From a virus (Duplodnaviria > Heunggongvirae > Uroviricota > Caudoviricetes), in the IMG/VR virus record IMGVR_UViG_3300028887_000066, positions 243,550 to 307,549 of that record: 64,000 nucleotides of DNA; one strand, given 5' to 3'. The notes beneath the pieces were generated by a model. The model worked only from the letters and a program-made list of their open reading frames with translations, was not told the DNA's origin and searched no databases. The translations under genes and the position numbers were made by a program. This document shows, in pieces, positions 1 to 9,616 of the stretch. Position 1 is the stretch's first letter. Each line of letters opens with the position of its first letter.

Positions 1-669
1 TGCCATCATATCAAGGTATTTCTGTCTGAGACTAAAGAGTTTGGTATATATTCTACCCATGAATTCCCTCGGAACATGGTCATACCATGATAAATAATTT
101 GTACCGTCGTCATCGGGTATGTTTACTTCATACAAATACTGCCCCTTATCAAAATTCAAATCATTCAATAACTGTATCTTTTTCTTGATACGATCAATCT
201 GAAACTGATATTTCTTCGCCCCAATACCATAGCTACGATTCATTTTCAATGTCATTTCGGATACGCCGTTCTCCAATGCCTCGATAAGCCCTGTTACATT
301 GTTGCTGAAATACATATCAAGATCATTACGTATCTCTTCTATAATAGATTTCCATTCTTTTCCGCCATACTTGGCCTTGTCTATATAATCATATATATCA
401 TATGATGAATTTAGCTGTATGTCACCATTATTTATATCTACATTTGATGTAATGGTGGCATAACTCTTGCCTATTTCATAATCAGACGTAATATATGTAC
501 CCCATCCGAACACTTGTGAACCTGCACCCGTACCAAGAAATTTCTTATGGTTGAATTTGTCAAAATTGGCACTTGAACCGTGGTATCCCATAATCTCCCC
601 AACGGCCTCTAATACACGTCCCTTGACCATTTCCTTCAATTCTTTTCTCGTTATCCTTTTCATACCCAT
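1..669 (-). CDS. partial CDS: 5' end at ATG 669, 3' end beyond the window start; N-terminal ~220 aa with possible H-Y-E ADP-ribosyltransferase-like motifs and the shared N-terminal leader
   Basis: Reverse complement of 1-669 is one open frame with no stops (MGMKRITRKELKEMVKGRVLEAV..YHGSSANFDKF..GTGAGSQVFGWGTYITSDYEIGKSYA..). It is missing from the ORF track because it runs off the window. Motifs HGS, G-x-G-x-Y, S-x-Y resemble PARP/Alt-type ARTs. Confidence 0.45.
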   Translation of the reverse strand, partial: MGMKRITRKELKEMVKGRVLEAVGEIMGYHGSSANFDKFNHKKFLGTGAGSQVFGWGTYITSDYEIGKSYATITSNVDINNGDIQLNSSYDIYDYIDKAKYGGKEWKSIIEEIRNDLDMYFSNNVTGLIEALENGVSEMTLKMNRSYGIGAKKYQFQIDRIKKKIQLLNDLNFDKGQYLYEVNIPDDDGTNYLSWYDHVPREFMGRIYTKLFSLRQKYLDMMA

Positions 670-726
670 AAATACCTGAAATGGTATAAAAATAGGTGAT
701 TCCAATATAGAAACCACCCAGCTAAA

Positions 727-954
727 TCAGTCTTTATGCTCTTTTTTCCATTTGTAGTAAGCAATGAGGTCGTCGATAAGATTTATCCCACCTTCCATAG
801 CCTCATCCCTAATTACGGATTCCTTGCATTCTTTCAATGTCCAACTGTTTTTCCCTTTCATCGGGGACATTAAGAAAATGCTATCCTCTCCGTTTTCTGC
901 AATTTCCTTATCCAAGAATTCCAACATTGCAGACTGTGCTTCTTTTCTCGTCAT
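727..954 (-). CDS. hypothetical protein (75 aa)
   Basis: ORF with a 4-nt ATGA overlap with the upstream gene; consistent strand and codon usage. Confidence 0.5.
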   Translation of the reverse strand: MTRKEAQSAMLEFLDKEIAENGEDSIFLMSPMKGKNSWTLKECKESVIRDEAMEGGINLIDDLIAYYKWKKEHKD

Positions 955-1706
955 ACCACAAAGTATTTATCGTATTTATCAGGAGCGGCCTCCTTTATCT
1001 TATCAAGATAATACAGATAAAGTTTATTAGTAGTTCGCTCTTTTCCGAATTCATTGAAGAAATCCCTTATTTCATCTTCCGTGGCGAATCTATATAGGGA
1101 GAATGATGGTGAATAATCACCATAATAAGTACATGTTTCTGTACCATCAGAATGCTTATATGGGCTACGTCCGTAAATGGCTCTCGCTGCATGATCAGCA
1201 GGATAGTCAAAACTACGTATAATCATAAATCCCAATGTCTTACAATCCTCTTCCTTATATACTATTGCATCACCGCTTTTAAGTTTTCTTTCTTCGGGTC
1301 TATTTTTGTTACATCCAGCTGATTTAAACCATTCAACACCATCCAATGTCACTGTCGTCACATCTGTGTAATGTTCATTAATAGGTGTTAAAACGGGTGT
1401 TTCCTTTTTAGAGCTGGCGCAATCATCCTTTTTTTCAACGTTTGCGCCAGTATATGTATTTCCCGTTTCTTTATTTTCTTTGGCTTCCCCTGTATATACA
1501 GATTCATCCTCATATATTCCGACACCAAGCCTGCATAGCACTTTTATTGAGTCCCTGCCTTTTTCGACAAGGTTTGCTATCATCGTGTCAAATCCCTCTA
1601 CCTTATTAGGCATTTTGCCATATTCATCAAGAATGTCAAACAAGGTGTTTATTGTACTGAGCTTATTCCTGATATGCTCATTTATGCTTTCTCTATCCTT
1701 CGCCAT
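951..1706 (-). CDS. hypothetical protein (251 aa)
   Basis: Long ORF, operon-packed with its neighbours. Confidence 0.6.
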   Translation of the reverse strand: MAKDRESINEHIRNKLSTINTLFDILDEYGKMPNKVEGFDTMIANLVEKGRDSIKVLCRLGVGIYEDESVYTGEAKENKETGNTYTGANVEKKDDCASSKKETPVLTPINEHYTDVTTVTLDGVEWFKSAGCNKNRPEERKLKSGDAIVYKEEDCKTLGFMIIRSFDYPADHAARAIYGRSPYKHSDGTETCTYYGDYSPSFSLYRFATEDEIRDFFNEFGKERTTNKLYLYYLDKIKEAAPDKYDKYFVV

Positions 1707-2061
1707 TTTCCTTCTTTTCTAATCTTCCGAATAATAACGCACCATCATCAGTGCCTCGTGATGTATATATTTCAAATCTGTCTCCCACTTTACCGTTAGG
1801 CTCTTTCGGTGGGAAGACGAACATTATATTGTCCCCGTTATCAAGCTTTCCGTAATAGAACGGCATCCTAAAAGAACCATCAGGCTCACCAGTAATTACC
1901 CCATGAGAACCCACAGTCGGACACGTTTTTGTTGCCCTCTCATGTTCCTTTATGAGTTTTGACATTTTCATCAAACTAAAATATGAAATACATTCACCTA
2001 AAGTTTCAGAAAATTCTGGATGAAGCTCCAACAGTTTTCTTAAATCATCTAATTGCTTCAT
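1693..2061 (-). CDS. hypothetical protein (122 aa); ends in a TAG stop
   Basis: ORF; its stop codon is TAG (RC of 1693-1695). Confidence 0.55.
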   Translation of the reverse strand: MKQLDDLRKLLELHPEFSETLGECISYFSLMKMSKLIKEHERATKTCPTVGSHGVITGEPDGSFRMPFYYGKLDNGDNIMFVFPPKEPNGKVGDRFEIYTSRGTDDGALLFGRLEKKENGEG

Positions 2062-2489
2062 TATTTAAAACTATCTACAAACTTGTTTATTTTTCCTATC
2101 AACTCATCATTCGCCTTGTTTTCTATGAGGGCATTAAGAATGTCCTCTGATTCAAAATATGTGAGTTGAATGCTGCGCACGGTTTCAGTTGGTCGGTTCC
2201 CAAGAAGCTCATTTATCTGTTGCTGATCAGAAACAGGCAATTCAGTAATATCCGTCAAAAAGAGAACCCTGATATATTCACCGCCTTTAACACAATTGAA
2301 CAAATTCTCCAATACCCACAGACTGTATGACTTACTGAGTTTTACCCACTCGCCTACTTTTGGCTTCTTTTCACAAACCCCTTCATTGAACATTTGAAAC
2401 GCCGCATTTTCTGTATTAACGCAGAAACACGATTTATCAAACACAAGCACTATGGCTTCATTGAAGTCAGTATTAAATTCTGTATGCAT
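2061..2489 (-). CDS. hypothetical protein (142 aa)
   Basis: ORF lying directly downstream of the promoter at 2508-2544. Confidence 0.6.
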   Translation of the reverse strand: MHTEFNTDFNEAIVLVFDKSCFCVNTENAAFQMFNEGVCEKKPKVGEWVKLSKSYSLWVLENLFNCVKGGEYIRVLFLTDITELPVSDQQQINELLGNRPTETVRSIQLTYFESEDILNALIENKANDELIGKINKFVDSFK

Positions 2490-2507
2490 AATTTTAACTT
2501 AATTTTA

Positions 2508-2544
2508 TTGCAAATATAAGTTTTTATTCTGACATGGCAAAATA
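2508..2544 (-). promoter_or_regulatory. Bacteroidetes-type promoter (-33 TTTGCCA .. 19 nt .. -7 TATATTTG) driving 2061-2489
   Basis: On the minus strand: caaatata (2511-2518) = TAtaTTTG and tggcaaaa = TTTGCCA -33 element. Confidence 0.6.
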
Positions 2545-2547
2545 ATC

Positions 2548-2733
2548 CTACTCATTATCTTCCATCGGCTCAATCATATTAAGGAATTTCCTTAATTTTG
2601 ACTTGTTTGTATGAGCGTCTGTTTTTGCCATAGTTCCATTATACTTGGCCGCCGTTCCTTTCGGATATGACGCATTATATCCGTTTCTGAACAAACGCCT
2701 CCATAAATTACCCTTAAAACTATTTCTTTGCAT
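2548..2733 (-). CDS. hypothetical small basic protein (61 aa)
   Basis: ORF filling the gap between neighbouring genes. Confidence 0.35.
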   Translation of the reverse strand: MQRNSFKGNLWRRLFRNGYNASYPKGTAAKYNGTMAKTDAHTNKSKLRKFLNMIEPMEDNE

Positions 2734-3688
2734 CTTTCAATAATAATTTAAGCAGTTTCTGTTTCTCTTTGTCCGATAAATTGTCGGCGATTTCTGAAAC
2801 CTTACTTTTTTTCTTTGTAGGTTTTGTCTTTTTCACTACAACTGTTTTATAGCTATTATAAGCATCTACTAACTCTTTCTCTTTGCCCAATGTCTTGAAA
2901 AACATATAGTAATTTGAGTTATGGAAACCCGTTACCTCATACTCACCAATATTTTCCTCTGGCGGAATCAGCCTGTCGATTTTTTGCTTCTTGAAAAACT
3001 TCACTACTTCATCAATATATCTGTCCAAATCAATATACTTTAATGAACCGATACATGAAAATCTGAAACTACCCCCGCTATTCAACCAACGACAATTCTC
3101 ACCATTGTTAATGCGCCCACAAAAACCATCATAAATAAGACTACTGTTATCCCTCCAACAATACCACAAACCATCATCCTTCAATATGTTTTCACGTTCC
3201 ATATTGTTTTCCGAATTCACACGCTGTCTGATAGCCAATGATTTTTTATACTTTATTAGATCAAGCTTGAAAATATTCCCGCAAAAATTGCATATATTTG
3301 GTAATCCATCTTTATAGGCTCCATTTATACTTGAAATCAACGTTTCACCCAATTCATATTTGATGTCAAGCAATATCTCTTCACCTTCATATGTAACTCC
3401 GTCGATTTTCTTAAAATCGAAATACGGGCCACCCTCATCCAATTCCTTTTCATTTACAAATCTTCTTCCGCATCCAGCCGAAAACATTTCATCCCATGTC
3501 CCCCATATTTTATTTTCGACCTCCATACCGTATTTTATTTCGGGTGATTCGTCATCATCAGTAATGAGTATGGTAATTGAATTTATACGAGCCTTGTCAC
3601 CATAACATTCTCTTTTATAAGTCCATGAACCTGCCTTAAACAAGAATTGATCACCAAGTTTAAATTTTGTTTTAACCTTTCGCTCCAT
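2720..3688 (-). CDS. hypothetical protein (322 aa)
   Basis: Long ORF. Confidence 0.65.
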   Translation of the reverse strand: MERKVKTKFKLGDQFLFKAGSWTYKRECYGDKARINSITILITDDDESPEIKYGMEVENKIWGTWDEMFSAGCGRRFVNEKELDEGGPYFDFKKIDGVTYEGEEILLDIKYELGETLISSINGAYKDGLPNICNFCGNIFKLDLIKYKKSLAIRQRVNSENNMERENILKDDGLWYCWRDNSSLIYDGFCGRINNGENCRWLNSGGSFRFSCIGSLKYIDLDRYIDEVVKFFKKQKIDRLIPPEENIGEYEVTGFHNSNYYMFFKTLGKEKELVDAYNSYKTVVVKKTKPTKKKSKVSEIADNLSDKEKQKLLKLLLKDAKK

Positions 3689-4049
3689 TTCGTCTTTTTA
3701 TCATATTTTCTAACTCTTTCCTGAACTTATCAAGTGGCTGACATTTTTCCAAAAAGAAATCCTTATTCCTATTATTGACAATATCATCAACTTCCCCCAA
3801 CACCTCTTCATCCGTTATCTCTCCTTTGTCATTCATTTCTTCTAACATAACAAAATATTGATGAAGCTTATAGTAGTCATTTGAACGCAGCTTGTATATG
3901 TCATTTCCGATTTTCACAAACCACCCAATATCGGCCGTAACCATTAACGGGAAATTTAATTCACGGGCAATATTCAAATGCCATGATGAATACATCCCTG
4001 TGCTGCTTCCTGAAAATTCAATATCCAATTTATTCATATATCTTATCAC
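3672..4049 (-). CDS. hypothetical protein (125 aa)
   Basis: ORF. Confidence 0.55.
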   Translation of the reverse strand: MIRYMNKLDIEFSGSSTGMYSSWHLNIARELNFPLMVTADIGWFVKIGNDIYKLRSNDYYKLHQYFVMLEEMNDKGEITDEEVLGEVDDIVNNRNKDFFLEKCQPLDKFRKELENMIKRRNGAKG

Positions 4050-4317
4050 CTATTTTTAAGACAAAATATTTAACACCTTTCTCTGCTCCCCATTCCTCTT
4101 TTCCTTCTTGGTATTCAATACCATTAAGGGTAAATGTCATCCTGCGGCTATAATCGCCTTTTTTTGGATAGCCTAATGTGAATTGCACATGTGTGTACTC
4201 TTTGCCGATAAGACGTTTTTTCCAATAATCGTTATAGACTCTGTATTCCTCTTTTTTGACACCACTCTCTATAAGTCTATACCATTTTTCCTTGAGGCTT
4301 AAATACAATATTTTCAT
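4030..4317 (-). CDS. ASCH/DUF3850-like small beta-barrel protein (95 aa)
   Basis: MKILYLSLKEKWYRLIESGVKKEEYR.. resembles ASCH-family N-termini (M-K-x-hydrophobic..G-x-K-x-x-E-x-R). Confidence 0.4.
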   Translation of the reverse strand: MKILYLSLKEKWYRLIESGVKKEEYRVYNDYWKKRLIGKEYTHVQFTLGYPKKGDYSRRMTFTLNGIEYQEGKEEWGAEKGVKYFVLKIGDKIYE

Positions 4318-4535
4318 TCCATATAACTTTCTACATAAAAATTCTCAACAAACGTATCATTCTTCAAGTCCTCATAAGCGTCATCAATTGTGTCAAAACG
4401 GCATTTGCATACGTGATGGCTTGTAAGGTTTACGAAACAATATTTGTTGGTGCTTTCATCTAACATTATTTCACAGATTCTTACGCTACCGTCTTTCCTT
4501 CTAACGGTTATTCTCTCGACTTTCCTCTTCAACAT
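4314..4535 (-). CDS. hypothetical protein (73 aa)
   Basis: ORF, operon-packed. Confidence 0.45.
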   Translation of the reverse strand: MLKRKVERITVRRKDGSVRICEIMLDESTNKYCFVNLTSHHVCKCRFDTIDDAYEDLKNDTFVENFYVESYME

Positions 4536-5299
4536 TCACTTTCCCCTTTCCAATAGCAATATAGACATGAATTTTTACATTGGGATGGTTTCTTCCCAGT
4601 AATTAATTCTTTTTTATTCTTAGGGCAACAGCAGGAGCCTCTTTGCCCTTTCTTCCCCTCAAGTGTTATAATACCCGTGAGACCCAAAATATCAACATCC
4701 TTCTGTGATAGGCACGGAGTCGATTCATAACCATATTCTCCACACGTCTCCAATGTGGCATTAAATGTTTCACATACAGACATTAACAGATTATGTACAT
4801 CATTTATCGTCTTTTTATCTGCATTGAATGTGTCATATGGTAGTTTCAGCCCCTTATCAATAAAACGCTTTTTTACGTGATCATACATATCAAGACAAGA
4901 CCACCTGACTCTCGTGATACCTAACGGCAAAAATTTTTCGATAATCTTTATTGCCAATTTAATTCCCTTTTCGGTAGGAATCACAGGATCAACCCTCAAC
5001 ACTATATGTGAGACGGGGAAACCATTCATAATCAATTCTGACAGCTTCCTATATGTTGTTTCATAATCAGGCACAAACGGTTCGACTACAGTACCTCCGT
5101 AACCTGTGCATGTACAATGTAGGATTATCTTATCCTTATGTTCTATTAATTTTTCTGATAACTTATCAGTTATCCTTTTCGTTATGATAATGTTACCGTT
5201 ATATAATCGGTCAAACACACTAAGGTCGAAGCTTATTTCTCCCGCCTCGGTAGTGCCAAAATACTGACTTCTATCCATTCTTTCCGTGAATTTTATCAT
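4529..5299 (-). CDS. Cys-rich protein with C-terminal CX3CX2C (CKNSCLYC); DUF1848-like
   Basis: C-terminal ..GSCCCPKNKKEL..CKNSCLYCYW; a radical-SAM-like cysteine triad placed unusually at the C-terminus. Confidence 0.45.
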   Translation of the reverse strand: MIKFTERMDRSQYFGTTEAGEISFDLSVFDRLYNGNIIITKRITDKLSEKLIEHKDKIILHCTCTGYGGTVVEPFVPDYETTYRKLSELIMNGFPVSHIVLRVDPVIPTEKGIKLAIKIIEKFLPLGITRVRWSCLDMYDHVKKRFIDKGLKLPYDTFNADKKTINDVHNLLMSVCETFNATLETCGEYGYESTPCLSQKDVDILGLTGIITLEGKKGQRGSCCCPKNKKELITGKKPSQCKNSCLYCYWKGESEC

Positions 5300-5435
5300 G
5301 TTCCTTCATTGCCGCCTGAATATTCGACTTGACGCACCATATGGATTTATAGTCGCCATATTCGCTGATTATCTCATCAAGGATTTCAATCTGCCTTGCT
5401 TTTTTCTGATATTCTTCGGGTGTCATAACAATGAA

Positions 5436-5744
5436 TTAATCGTTAATGTTAAGTTTCTTCTCCAAATATACCTCAAAATCATTTGAAATTACATCGGCCA
5501 TACCGCAGTTATCATCGATACTTTCATCCAAGTCAATGCCGAATATTTCTTTCAAATAAAAATCAATGTTGTCCCCGAATAGGCAAGACAACTGAAAAAC
5601 AATGCTTTCCGCATCAAGCCGTTCATAGTATTTCTTATCCTCATCGACGAGACGCTTATAAAGTACATCAAAATCGATGTTTACCTCATCTTCAATAATA
5701 CGCTTAATAAAATACTTCATTGTTAAAATGTTAATAAACCACAC
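5436..5744 (-). CDS. hypothetical acidic protein (102 aa)
   Basis: ORF. Confidence 0.5.
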   Translation of the reverse strand: MWFINILTMKYFIKRIIEDEVNIDFDVLYKRLVDEDKKYYERLDAESIVFQLSCLFGDNIDFYLKEIFGIDLDESIDDNCGMADVISNDFEVYLEKKLNIND

Positions 5745-5826
5745 CTTAAATATACGAGAAAAAATTGTTATGATCTATTTATAGAAATGAGCGTATCAAA
5801 GTTAGTAAAAAGAAAAAATATATATT

Positions 5827-6492
5827 ATGGCGGATAAAAAATCAGACATTATTGTTGCCGTAGTCGCAGGACATGGTAAACAGGTTCAAGGAAAATGGTC
5901 TCCTAAGATAGAAAAAGGTATGGACATACCATCATTTCTCACTGAAGGCGGGCGTTTCAGGGAATGGAAATACGCGAGAGTCGTAGCTGACGATATTGTG
6001 ACAATACTCAAATCATACGGATATGACGCAAGGCTTATAGTTCCTGAAGATGATGATGTTACGTTAGGTGAAAGAGTGAGACGTGTGAATGCGCTTTGCA
6101 CGAAATACGGCGCAGGAAAAGTCCTTATGCTCGAAATTCACGCAAACGCCGTTGGATACGGCGATAAATGGGAATCTGCAAACGGTTGGGAGTGTTATAC
6201 TACTGTAGGTAAAACTAAATCCGACACATTAGCAGAATACCTCTATAAAAGGGCTGAAAAGAACTTCCCAAAAGACATAAAAATAAGAAAGGATCTTACT
6301 GATGGTGACTGTGATAAAGAAATGAATTTCTATGTGATTAGAAAAGTGAATTGTCCAGCCATCCTTAGTGAAAACTTCTTCTATACAAATAAAAAAGACC
6401 TTGAATATATGTCATCAGATGCAGGAATACACGCAGTGGTAAGGACACATGTGGAAGGTACTATCGATTACATCAATTCATTGAAAAAATAA
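5827..6492 (+). CDS. N-acetylmuramoyl-L-alanine amidase (Amidase_3 family); likely endolysin
   Basis: VVAGHGK.., LEIHANAVGYGD, ILSENFFYTN motifs typical of the Amidase_3 / CwlV-AmiC fold. Confidence 0.85.
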   Translation: MADKKSDIIVAVVAGHGKQVQGKWSPKIEKGMDIPSFLTEGGRFREWKYARVVADDIVTILKSYGYDARLIVPEDDDVTLGERVRRVNALCTKYGAGKVLMLEIHANAVGYGDKWESANGWECYTTVGKTKSDTLAEYLYKRAEKNFPKDIKIRKDLTDGDCDKEMNFYVIRKVNCPAILSENFFYTNKKDLEYMSSDAGIHAVVRTHVEGTIDYINSLKK

Positions 6493-6496
6493 AAAT

Positions 6497-6530
6497 AATG
6501 GGAGTGTTTTTTCCGCTCCCATTATTTTTT
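6497..6530 (+). terminator. Rho-independent (bidirectional) terminator after the amidase gene
   Basis: 8-bp stem aatgggag/ctcccatt, then a T-run attatttttt. Confidence 0.7.
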
Positions 6531-6857
6531 ATCTTCCGTCATATGTTCTATTTCTAACGATTCAAATGAATAGGCATTGACACCATCAAAAGCCTTTTTT
6601 AAATGCTGCATTATGATGGCCCATTTACTATCCGCACGTCCCCTTATCTCATCCTGTTTTCCAACTTTTTGCCAAATATTCATTGCAGCTTTTATATGGG
6701 CCATTGCTTTGTCACAATTGTTGTAAAGCTGATTAGGTTCTGCATTACGCATATGGTTCCCCTCATTAACTATTTTTTTAACAGACGCTTTTATTATCTC
6801 ATGTAATTCTGATTCCTTTATTTTCATTGTATTTTTCATTTTTATTTTAATCCCCAA
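6522..6857 (-). CDS. hypothetical protein carrying the shared N-terminal leader (KESELHEIIKASVKKIVNE)
   Basis: ORF; N-terminal motif shared with 15744-16358, 19880-20695 and 21265-21909. Confidence 0.55.
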   Translation of the reverse strand: MGIKIKMKNTMKIKESELHEIIKASVKKIVNEGNHMRNAEPNQLYNNCDKAMAHIKAAMNIWQKVGKQDEIRGRADSKWAIIMQHLKKAFDGVNAYSFESLEIEHMTEDKK

Positions 6858-6860
6858 ACA

Positions 6861-7145
6861 TTATTTTTCTGTACATATTTCCAAAATATCTTCAGCCATT
6901 GATTTCGCCAAATTTTTCGGTAATCTAAAATCGCTGAACTTATGTCCATACATACTGAAATATATACTTATATATTTCTCATCATTATCTAATGAATATT
7001 CTATGTTTTCATCACCATAGAAATCATTTTCCTTTAATATATTTGAACCATGCGTAAGGTTCTCTCCATCTTGGGTATGCAAGGTTTCTTTCGTTTTCAT
7101 ACGCTTCTCTCTCAAATGATATATTCCTGTAGGCTTTATGCCCAT
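6861..7145 (-). CDS. hypothetical protein (94 aa; start uncertain, overlaps 7024-7362)
   Basis: ORF. Confidence 0.35.
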   Translation of the reverse strand: MGIKPTGIYHLREKRMKTKETLHTQDGENLTHGSNILKENDFYGDENIEYSLDNDEKYISIYFSMYGHKFSDFRLPKNLAKSMAEDILEICTEK

Positions 7146-7362
7146 TTAAATATACAAAAAGTTTAATCAGCCATTCAATTCCATACCATATATAGAAAAA
7201 TATGTATAACATGTATTTCATCTGTTCCGTATGAATTGTTTCATGATTAATGTCATACTCATTCAATTCCCTTTTCGCATCGCTTCTTACAAACAGCACA
7301 CCAAAAAGGTTTATTGCCAAATAACCTTTAAATGGTATTATTTTGTTCTTAACTATTTTCAT
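7024..7362 (-). CDS. small membrane-associated protein with HExxH motif (NHETIH); putative metallopeptidase-like
   Basis: HETIH plus a hydrophobic segment; assignment speculative. Confidence 0.4.
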   Translation of the reverse strand: MKIVKNKIIPFKGYLAINLFGVLFVRSDAKRELNEYDINHETIHTEQMKYMLYIFFYIWYGIEWLIKLFVYLNGHKAYRNISFEREAYENERNLAYPRWREPYAWFKYIKGK

Positions 7363-7375
7363 CTTCTTTCTTGTC

Positions 7376-7386
7376 TTTATCTTTGT
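7376..7386 (+). promoter_or_regulatory. plus-strand -7 box TATCTTTG about 35 nt upstream of the 7420 start
   Basis: tatctttg at 7378-7385 matches the TAnnTTTG consensus. Confidence 0.45.
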
Positions 7387-7419
7387 AATAAATACTTAGG
7401 AAAAAGTATTTATAGACGT

Positions 7420-9174
7420 ATGAAAAAGATAACAATTACTGAATCACAATACAAAAAACTCAAGAAAAACATACTTGAGGGAATCGATTGGTCTAAAAAC
7501 CCAAACGGTACTATTAACATGTCAGTAAATCAGGACATGACAGATAAGGCTAATAGCGGCATGAATAGTGTAGATACCCGTGTATTCGGCAGTAAAAACA
7601 ATGTACTACATGGCGATAATACAGGACATTGGGCAACACATTCACTCTATCAGAACGCCACATCAAAACAGGCTGCAATACAATACTATACGAATGTAGT
7701 TAATTTTGTAAAAAATGGAAGGCAAGGCCAATTAGATGTGCCAGAAAACGTTGAGCCTAAGACTGTTACGGCTGTTAATAAATGGTTTTCAGAGGGTAGA
7801 TCAGACAGATGGATTATTGATGCTGCCACTAAGTCAATCGCCCGTATTCAACAAGAGGCTAACCCATATATAAGCACATTAAACAGAGTGACTTCTACAA
7901 ATTCGGATAAAGTGGCAAGATATACTACGGGTACGGTTACGGGGACTGACGTAAAATATATAGCCCTCTTTACGATGACTGACTTCAATTTTAGTGACGC
8001 TATAAAACACGGTAATGTAAGGCAAAACGGAAACATCGATTCTATCCTTGGTATTACGAAGAGTGAAAGGGAAAAAGGTGACAAGGGTACTGACTATGCC
8101 AATATAGATGTGACATACGATAATAAATATACCCCTGATATTGCCCAAAACTTCTCGCTTAAAAATGTACAGGATGGCCATTATAAACAGCAATACGGAT
8201 TAGGTGATGATAATGGTTATTCAAGTGTTTCCCAGTTCTTGGATAAATCGGTTAATTATGCCGCTTATGCCTTGAAGCAGGAAAACTACCATCCAGATTT
8301 CATTGTCGCACCGCCAAGCTCATCCAAATTCAACCAATACTATTGTACAAATCTCAGTAATAAGTTAGGCGTACCATTTAGACAGGATTTCTTTATAAGG
8401 AATTTGATCAATGTGAAATTCGATAATGGGAGAGACACGCAAGCGATGCTTGAAAAAGGCTTTTCACAGAAGGATATAATGGATTTTGAAAATCAGGTGA
8501 AAAATGTGGCTTACAAAGAGATAGCTTATTTCGTATCTGAACCTATCAGGGAATTAGTCTATTCAAACCAAGCCTTATTCTCAAATATATCATTGGCATT
8601 ACATAGCAGGGAAAAAACACCGATAAATGAGGTATTTGACTGTTTAATGATTTATGTATATAGAACAATAATAAATGCCATTCAGTCAGGCAATGATATA
8701 GTGGAAAAACATCTTGTCCATAATTTTATGGCAAAACAAAACAAGCTGTATCAGAAAAAATACGATTCAACACATATATTTACCCAAATAGTACAGCTTA
8801 TCAATTTGAAAATAGGCAAAAAAGTATTCAATGAGTATATGAAAAAGACATTACAATTAGTAAGACAATACTCAAATACATTGAAAGAGAATGGCTATGC
8901 ACTTCGTTTTGATACGAAAAGAGTCAAAGTAACACAATTCCAAAAGCAATTCCGACCATTCTTGCACAATGTATACATCATTGCTGACAATTACATGAAC
9001 AATGGTGAGCTTATGAAGCAATACAGGAATGCAAAGTTCCTTATATTTGACGAGGATATTAACAGCGGGGCCACCCTCAAACTCTGTATTGATGCCTTAG
9101 AGGAAAAAATACCAGATGCCAACGAAAAGAATATAATGTGTCTTGTAAACGCCTATTCCGCTAAAGGATGGTAA
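7420..9174 (+). CDS. large hypothetical protein (584 aa); C-terminal region has a phosphoribosyltransferase-type motif (FLIFDEDINSGATLK) and a ComF-like D-F-I-V-A-P-P-S-S-S segment
   Basis: Start refined to ATG 7420 (MKKITITESQYKKLKKNILEG). FLIFDEDINSGATL fits the type I PRTase PRPP-binding loop hhhhDDxxxTGxT. Confidence 0.65.
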   Translation: MKKITITESQYKKLKKNILEGIDWSKNPNGTINMSVNQDMTDKANSGMNSVDTRVFGSKNNVLHGDNTGHWATHSLYQNATSKQAAIQYYTNVVNFVKNGRQGQLDVPENVEPKTVTAVNKWFSEGRSDRWIIDAATKSIARIQQEANPYISTLNRVTSTNSDKVARYTTGTVTGTDVKYIALFTMTDFNFSDAIKHGNVRQNGNIDSILGITKSEREKGDKGTDYANIDVTYDNKYTPDIAQNFSLKNVQDGHYKQQYGLGDDNGYSSVSQFLDKSVNYAAYALKQENYHPDFIVAPPSSSKFNQYYCTNLSNKLGVPFRQDFFIRNLINVKFDNGRDTQAMLEKGFSQKDIMDFENQVKNVAYKEIAYFVSEPIRELVYSNQALFSNISLALHSREKTPINEVFDCLMIYVYRTIINAIQSGNDIVEKHLVHNFMAKQNKLYQKKYDSTHIFTQIVQLINLKIGKKVFNEYMKKTLQLVRQYSNTLKENGYALRFDTKRVKVTQFQKQFRPFLHNVYIIADNYMNNGELMKQYRNAKFLIFDEDINSGATLKLCIDALEEKIPDANEKNIMCLVNAYSAKGW

Positions 9175-9443
9175 AAATCATACAGTTTCTTGAAGAAAGA
9201 TGTATTACCATATATTTCAGACATTAAATCATCCTGAAAATAGGAGTAGTCGTCAATACATTCGTTTCCGAACATGTCAGTATCATAACGGTATGATTTG
9301 ACAAAATCGGAAACGATTTTTTTCGCCTCTTTACGAAAGAGCTTCAAATCTTTTCCTTCTATAGTAAATTCATCAGTAGCCTTCTCTTCGATTCCCTCAA
9401 GGCACTCTTTGATCAATTCCCTTTTATTCAATTTTTTTCCCAT
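9153..9443 (-). CDS. hypothetical protein (start refined to internal Met)
   Basis: The promoter-like caaagata box at 9459-9466 lies inside the longer ORF, so Met at 9443 is preferred. Confidence 0.45.
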   Translation of the reverse strand: MGKKLNKRELIKECLEGIEEKATDEFTIEGKDLKLFRKEAKKIVSDFVKSYRYDTDMFGNECIDDYSYFQDDLMSEIYGNTSFFKKLYDFYHPLAE

Positions 9444-9490
9444 TTGTCTCTTGTTTTGACATCGCAAAGATAGGATTTTATTTTCACATG

Positions 9491-9522
9491 AACAAAAAAA
9501 CATTCACTTTTTCAAGTGAATG
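9491..9522 (-). terminator. Rho-independent terminator closing the leftward tRNA transcription unit
   Basis: 9-bp perfect hairpin cattcactt/aagtgaatg followed (minus sense) by TTTTTTTG. Confidence 0.7.
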
Positions 9523-9534
9523 CTATGATATTAG

Positions 9535-9616
9535 ACTCCGTAGTTGGATTTGAACCAACGTGTGCAACGCAAATGGTTTTGCAGACCATCCCTATCGACC
9601 CCTCAGGCATACGGAG
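9535..9616 (-). tRNA. tRNA, type II-like (13-nt variable arm), apparent anticodon GCA (Cys)
   Basis: Manual fold: acceptor CTCCGTA/TACGGAG, anticodon stem ATGGT/ACCAT with loop CTGCAAA, variable arm TTGCGTTGCACAC, T-arm GTTGG-TTCAAAT-CCAAC. Confidence 0.55.
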
